From assembly GCA_048885925.1 (NCBI GenBank), contig JBHLLG010000048.1, positions 1 to 21,740 of the forward strand: a DNA stretch of 21,740 bases, in the 5' to 3' direction. This DNA is from Candidatus Hermodarchaeota archaeon. Lineage in GTDB: Archaea; Asgardarchaeota; Lokiarchaeia; Sigyniarchaeales; SOKP01. Below the pieces are notes generated by a model. It did not search any database. It was given only the letters and a program-made list of their open reading frames with translations, and was not told where the DNA came from. This document shows, in pieces, positions 17,964-21,740 of the stretch; position 1 is the first letter of the stretch, and every line of letters starts with the position of its first letter. The position numbers and the translations under genes are program-made.

Positions 17964-18179
17964 AAGTTCTACAACAATTTTTGTAAAATAATAAATTTGA
18001 TTTTTTAAAAATTATCATTTGATTTAGTTTTAATTATTATTAAACTAATTTTGTAGATTCAGTAAATGATAATAAAAATTTAAAAAAATCATATTATATA
18101 ATCTGAAATCAATAATTTAATAAAATTCTCAGTGAAATATAATAATTAATTTAAAAATTGAATAAAAATTTATATTAGT

Positions 18180-19331
18180 ATGAATAACCTGATACCAATC
18201 GAGGAAGCAATAGAAGAAAATCCTCGTGTTAAAGAACTTGAAGAACAAGGATATATAATTAATCCAGAAAAAATTGATGAATATCTAAAAGATTTTAAGA
18301 AACGTACTTCTACTAAACCAAATGAAAATTATTGGAAGGAAAAAACAGTTTTAATAACAGGTATAAGTGGATTTGCTGGAAGTCACTTAGCTGAACAATT
18401 GCTAGATTTGGGTTGTGAAATACATGGGACAATTCGTAGGCATGCTGTTCCAATGCATGAGAATATAGAACACCTAAGGGGTAAAATTAATTTGCATGAA
18501 GCTGATATAACGAGTGCGGAAAGAATTCTTGGAATTTTTGAAGAAATACAGCCAAATGCAGTATTTCATCTAGCAGCAGAATCATTTGTACCAACATCTT
18601 TTAGGGAACCAGTTCGAGTTAGTCATAATAATATTATTGGTACACTTAAAATCTTCGAAGCAGCTCGAAGATTTGATGATAATTTAGACAGTTTACAAGT
18701 TGCATGCAGTAGTGAACAGTATGGATTGGTAAATCCTATGGAAATTCCTGTAATTGAAGATTTAAAAACCAATCCTTTTCGACCAAGAAGTGTTTATGGA
18801 ATTACAAAAGTGGCTACAGAACATATTGCATGGTTATATCATAATTCTTATGGTGTACCTAGTATTATTACTCGAGGTTTTAATCATGAAGGTCCTAGAA
18901 GAGGAATCCAATTTGTTACAAGTGTTATTCACAGACAAATCGTAGAGATTTTAGAGAGTAAGCGAGACAAGATTGTTATTGGAAATCCTAACGCAATTCG
19001 AGATTTCACTCATGTTAAAGACACTGTTAATGCTTATATCTTACTTAGTGAAAAAAAGAAATATGGTGAACCTTTTAATGTATGTTCTGGAAAGGGCATT
19101 ACAATAGCTGATTATGCCAAATTAGCAAAAAATCTCTTCAACATTTCAGCAGAGATATTTATAGATAGAAATAGAATGCGACCTAGTGAAGTTCCTTTAT
19201 TAATAGGTAAAAATGATAAAATTATAAAGGAAACAGGTTGGGTTCCGATAAGATCTATTGTTGATATAATAAATGATGGTGTAAAGTATTTTCAAGAACA
19301 TCCAGAACAATTGGGAATTGAAGCCCATTAA
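18180..19331 (+). CDS. gmd: GDP-mannose 4,6-dehydratase-family extended SDR
   Basis: VLITGISGFAGSHL, HLAAESFV..SF, CSSEQYG, PRSVYGITK (YxxxK), FNHEGPRRG..FVT, GN...IRDF and MRPSEV. It carries a ~50-aa N-terminal extension. Gmd versus the related reductase Rmd cannot be fully resolved from motifs. Confidence 0.8.
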   Translation: MNNLIPIEEAIEENPRVKELEEQGYIINPEKIDEYLKDFKKRTSTKPNENYWKEKTVLITGISGFAGSHLAEQLLDLGCEIHGTIRRHAVPMHENIEHLRGKINLHEADITSAERILGIFEEIQPNAVFHLAAESFVPTSFREPVRVSHNNIIGTLKIFEAARRFDDNLDSLQVACSSEQYGLVNPMEIPVIEDLKTNPFRPRSVYGITKVATEHIAWLYHNSYGVPSIITRGFNHEGPRRGIQFVTSVIHRQIVEILESKRDKIVIGNPNAIRDFTHVKDTVNAYILLSEKKKYGEPFNVCSGKGITIADYAKLAKNLFNISAEIFIDRNRMRPSEVPLLIGKNDKIIKETGWVPIRSIVDIINDGVKYFQEHPEQLGIEAH

Positions 19332-19371
19332 AAAAACTAATTATCATTAACATTGATAAATATTAGAATAA

Positions 19372-20088
19372 TTATAGATTTAGTTCGTTTTTCTGAATTG
19401 TTATTAACTCTAAAATCCCTTTTTCTCCTACTTTTAAGACCTCTTCTAACTTTTCTTTTGTAAAAGTTGAACCTTCGGCTGATCCTTGAATTTCAATAAT
19501 TTCAGAATCTTCATTCATTACTAGATTAAAATCAACATCAATTTTAGAATCTTCCATATAATTCAAATCTAACAAGATTTGGTTATTTTTTAAACCAAGC
19601 GAAATTGCAGCAACAACTTTATAATCTGGAAATTCATAAATTAGTTGTTGATTATATAGATAATTGATAGCATCAAAAACTGCTATAAACGCTCCTGTTA
19701 TCGAGGCACATCTTGTTCCTCCATCAGCTTGAATAACATCACAGTCAATTTTTATAGTACGTTCACCAAGTTTTTCATAATTAAAAGCAGCTCGAATATT
19801 TCGTCCAATCATACGCTGGATTTCGGTTGCTCTTCCTCTTTGGATATCTCTTTGATTTCTAATTTGTGTTGCTCTTGGTAACATTGAATATTCCGCTGTA
19901 ATCCATCCAGTTCCTGTATCTACTAAAAATCGAGGAACTGAGTCTATAATGGAAGCTGTAACAATAACTTTCGTATTTCCTTGAGAGATCAATACAGAAC
20001 CTTCAGGATATTTAAGGAAATTTCTTTTTACGATTGTTTTTCTAATTTCGTCGTATCTTCTCCCATCAAATCTTATACTCTCCGACAT
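19372..20088 (-). CDS. rph: Ribonuclease PH (bacterial-type tRNA 3'-processing phosphorolytic exonuclease)
   Basis: EGSVLIS.GNTKVI.TAS, GWITAEYSMLPRAT, GRATEIQRMIGR, LGERTI.IDCDVIQADGGTRCASITGA, LDLNY.EDS and EIQGSAEG. Confidence 0.93.
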   Translation of the reverse strand: MSESIRFDGRRYDEIRKTIVKRNFLKYPEGSVLISQGNTKVIVTASIIDSVPRFLVDTGTGWITAEYSMLPRATQIRNQRDIQRGRATEIQRMIGRNIRAAFNYEKLGERTIKIDCDVIQADGGTRCASITGAFIAVFDAINYLYNQQLIYEFPDYKVVAAISLGLKNNQILLDLNYMEDSKIDVDFNLVMNEDSEIIEIQGSAEGSTFTKEKLEEVLKVGEKGILELITIQKNELNL

Positions 20089-20273
20089 CTTAAATTAATC
20101 CATTTTTTTTCTATTATATTTGAAAATGATAATTTTAATGTAACAAAATTTATGATTTAAATTCAAATAAGTATATTAATATATTTTTTGTTAGGTAAAA
20201 AAGTTTCTAAAATAAGGAATTTGGTATTAAGTATCAGCATTTAAAGTATTTATGAATTTTTAATTAATACTTT

Positions 20274-20549
20274 CTATTCTTCTAGTATCTTACAAGCTGC
20301 AATAATATTATTCCAAATTGTTTCAATAGCTAGATTACTTAATATTACAGATTTCTTTTTCATTCTTTCAATAATTTCTTTTTCTCTTAGCGGTTGAGAT
20401 ATGTCTTTACTAAATTGCTTTTTAAGGTTTCCAACTTTTTGGGTGATTTTCCCTCTTTTATTCAAGAGTTCAACAATTTTATTATCTAATTTATCAATTT
20501 TTTTTCGATATACTCTTAATTTCTTATCAAAAACATCATTTTTTATCAT
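20274..20549 (-). CDS. Stand-alone chorismate mutase (AroQ class / CM_2)
   Basis: 91-aa helical protein with L..YRKKIDKLDNKIVELLNKR.....VG.LK......QPLRE.EI. The Arg, Arg, Lys and Arg-Glu residues are spaced as in AroQ-class active sites. Confidence 0.85.
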   Translation of the reverse strand: MIKNDVFDKKLRVYRKKIDKLDNKIVELLNKRGKITQKVGNLKKQFSKDISQPLREKEIIERMKKKSVILSNLAIETIWNNIIAACKILEE

Positions 20550-20601
20550 TTAAAAATAACACCATCAATAAAAAGACTTGATATAAAATAAATTTCGTAA
20601 T

Positions 20602-21740
20602 TTAAAAAAAATGTTGTAAATTTAATTCTAAAGCAGTAACAGGATATTCAAGTTTGAAATTTACCAAAACATCTGGATGAATTTCACCAATATCACCTAT
20701 CTTTTCTCCTTTCAAATAAATACTCCCATTTCGTCCTTCAATATAACTGGAATTTTTCGTATGTTTAATTTCATAATCACTATAACACCCAAGTGAGGTC
20801 ATAATGAAATCTAAAGTGGATTTAATCTCTGTGAAATCAGCATTCTCATGGTATATCACAGCTGAAAGATGAACTTCTCTTTTTGTTCCAGTTTCTTCAT
20901 TAGCATCTAGTAAAATAATATCACCAACTTCGAAAATCTTGATGGGTTTTTCTTCAGAGCGATTATTTCGTAAAGTCTCCATTAATTTTGGTAAGATGGA
21001 AGTTCTTGTTGTATTATATTCTCTTGATACAGGATTTAAAATCTGCACATTATTTGGTTCTTTATATTCTTGTTTCATATAATCATAATGACTTACAGAG
21101 TTAGTTAAAATGAAGTTCAAAACTTCTAAATATCCCGCACCAATCATTATAATTCTAATTTTATTCAGAAATGATTGAATTGGATGATATTCTCCAATAC
21201 ATCCTTCTCTAATTGTTAAGGGTAATTTATTATATCCAAAACCAATTGCACATTCTTCCGTGAAATCAACTATATGCATTATATCTCCTCGATAAGCAGG
21301 GACCCAAATATCTAAATACCCCCTCTTCTTAGAAGGTTTAGCATCTAATCTAACTTTGTTAAAACATTTTATTAACTCCTTTGTTGACAAATTTAATCCA
21401 ATATAATCGTTTATATAATCGATTCCAATTTCCCATTTATCAGAATTCAAGTTTGGAGTTATTATAGATTCTCCACCTTCATAATTTACTTTAACACTTT
21501 CAATTTTTGCTCCCATATCTGCTAAAGTTGTTGATAAGATATTTAAAGCTAAATTTACGGCGATAAAATCTGTTCCCGTCAAATCTAAAAAGAGATTTTT
21601 TGTTTCATCAGTTACAGTAGTTATAATCCCATTTATAACAGGTGGAAATGATAAAACCTCTTCATTGTTATCAAAAATTATAGGATATACTGGTTTCCCT
21701 TCTAAAATATGAGCATATTCAATACCTTTTTCATGTAACA
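20602..21740 (-). CDS. pheT: Phenylalanine-tRNA ligase beta subunit, archaeal/eukaryotic type; 5'-truncated by the window edge
   Basis: The frame stays open from 21738 (LHEKGIEYAHILEGKPVYPIIFDNNEEVLSFPPVING...TKNLFLDLTGTD). Other motifs are VPAYRGDIMH.VD..EE.AIG.GY, NPVS.EY...RTSILP, IFEVGD and IGEIHP.VL.NF.L..PV. It ends without the bacterial C-terminal anticodon-binding domain. Confidence 0.95.
   Translation of the reverse strand, partial: LHEKGIEYAHILEGKPVYPIIFDNNEEVLSFPPVINGIITTVTDETKNLFLDLTGTDFIAVNLALNILSTTLADMGAKIESVKVNYEGGESIITPNLNSDKWEIGIDYINDYIGLNLSTKELIKCFNKVRLDAKPSKKRGYLDIWVPAYRGDIMHIVDFTEECAIGFGYNKLPLTIREGCIGEYHPIQSFLNKIRIIMIGAGYLEVLNFILTNSVSHYDYMKQEYKEPNNVQILNPVSREYNTTRTSILPKLMETLRNNRSEEKPIKIFEVGDIILLDANEETGTKREVHLSAVIYHENADFTEIKSTLDFIMTSLGCYSDYEIKHTKNSSYIEGRNGSIYLKGEKIGDIGEIHPDVLVNFKLEYPVTALELNLQHFF

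Noticed and set aside
21580-21582. ORF-track starts at 21582 (pheT) and 121 (neuC)
   Set aside because: Both frames remain open to the window edge with conserved family motifs, so these are truncated genes rather than short variants.
1-21740. CRISPR arrays, tRNA/rRNA genes, IS elements or integrases
   Set aside because: I saw no spaced direct repeats, GC-rich structured RNA-like segments, transposase/integrase ORFs or terminal inverted repeats by eye. No covariance-model search was run.

Overview
This is a very AT-rich window that is most likely archaeal. The PheT is of the archaeal/eukaryotic type, and the low GC and scattered gene orientation suggest an Asgard/Lokiarchaeia-like genome (inference only). 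About 19 kb is a surface-glycan biosynthesis locus: a 5'-truncated hydrolysing UDP-GlcNAc 2-epimerase (NeuC/LegG), a VioB-like hexapeptide acetyltransferase, two N-acetyl-sugar amidotransferases (WbuX/PseA/AglX family), a single-chain HisF-HisH fusion, two SAM methyltransferases, a CBS-pair + NAD epimerase/dehydratase fusion, a DegT aminotransferase, an ABC-2 exporter pair, three GT4s, one membrane GT2 with a QxxRW motif and a Gmd-family dehydratase. The right end holds housekeeping genes: bacterial-type RNase PH, stand-alone chorismate mutase and a 5'-truncated pheT. The most notable element is a sugar-amidination module in which one fused cyclase-glutaminase, in the reverse domain order to eukaryotic His7, apparently serves two amidotransferases within a probable legionaminic-acid-like pathway. 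I saw no RNA genes, CRISPR arrays or mobile elements.
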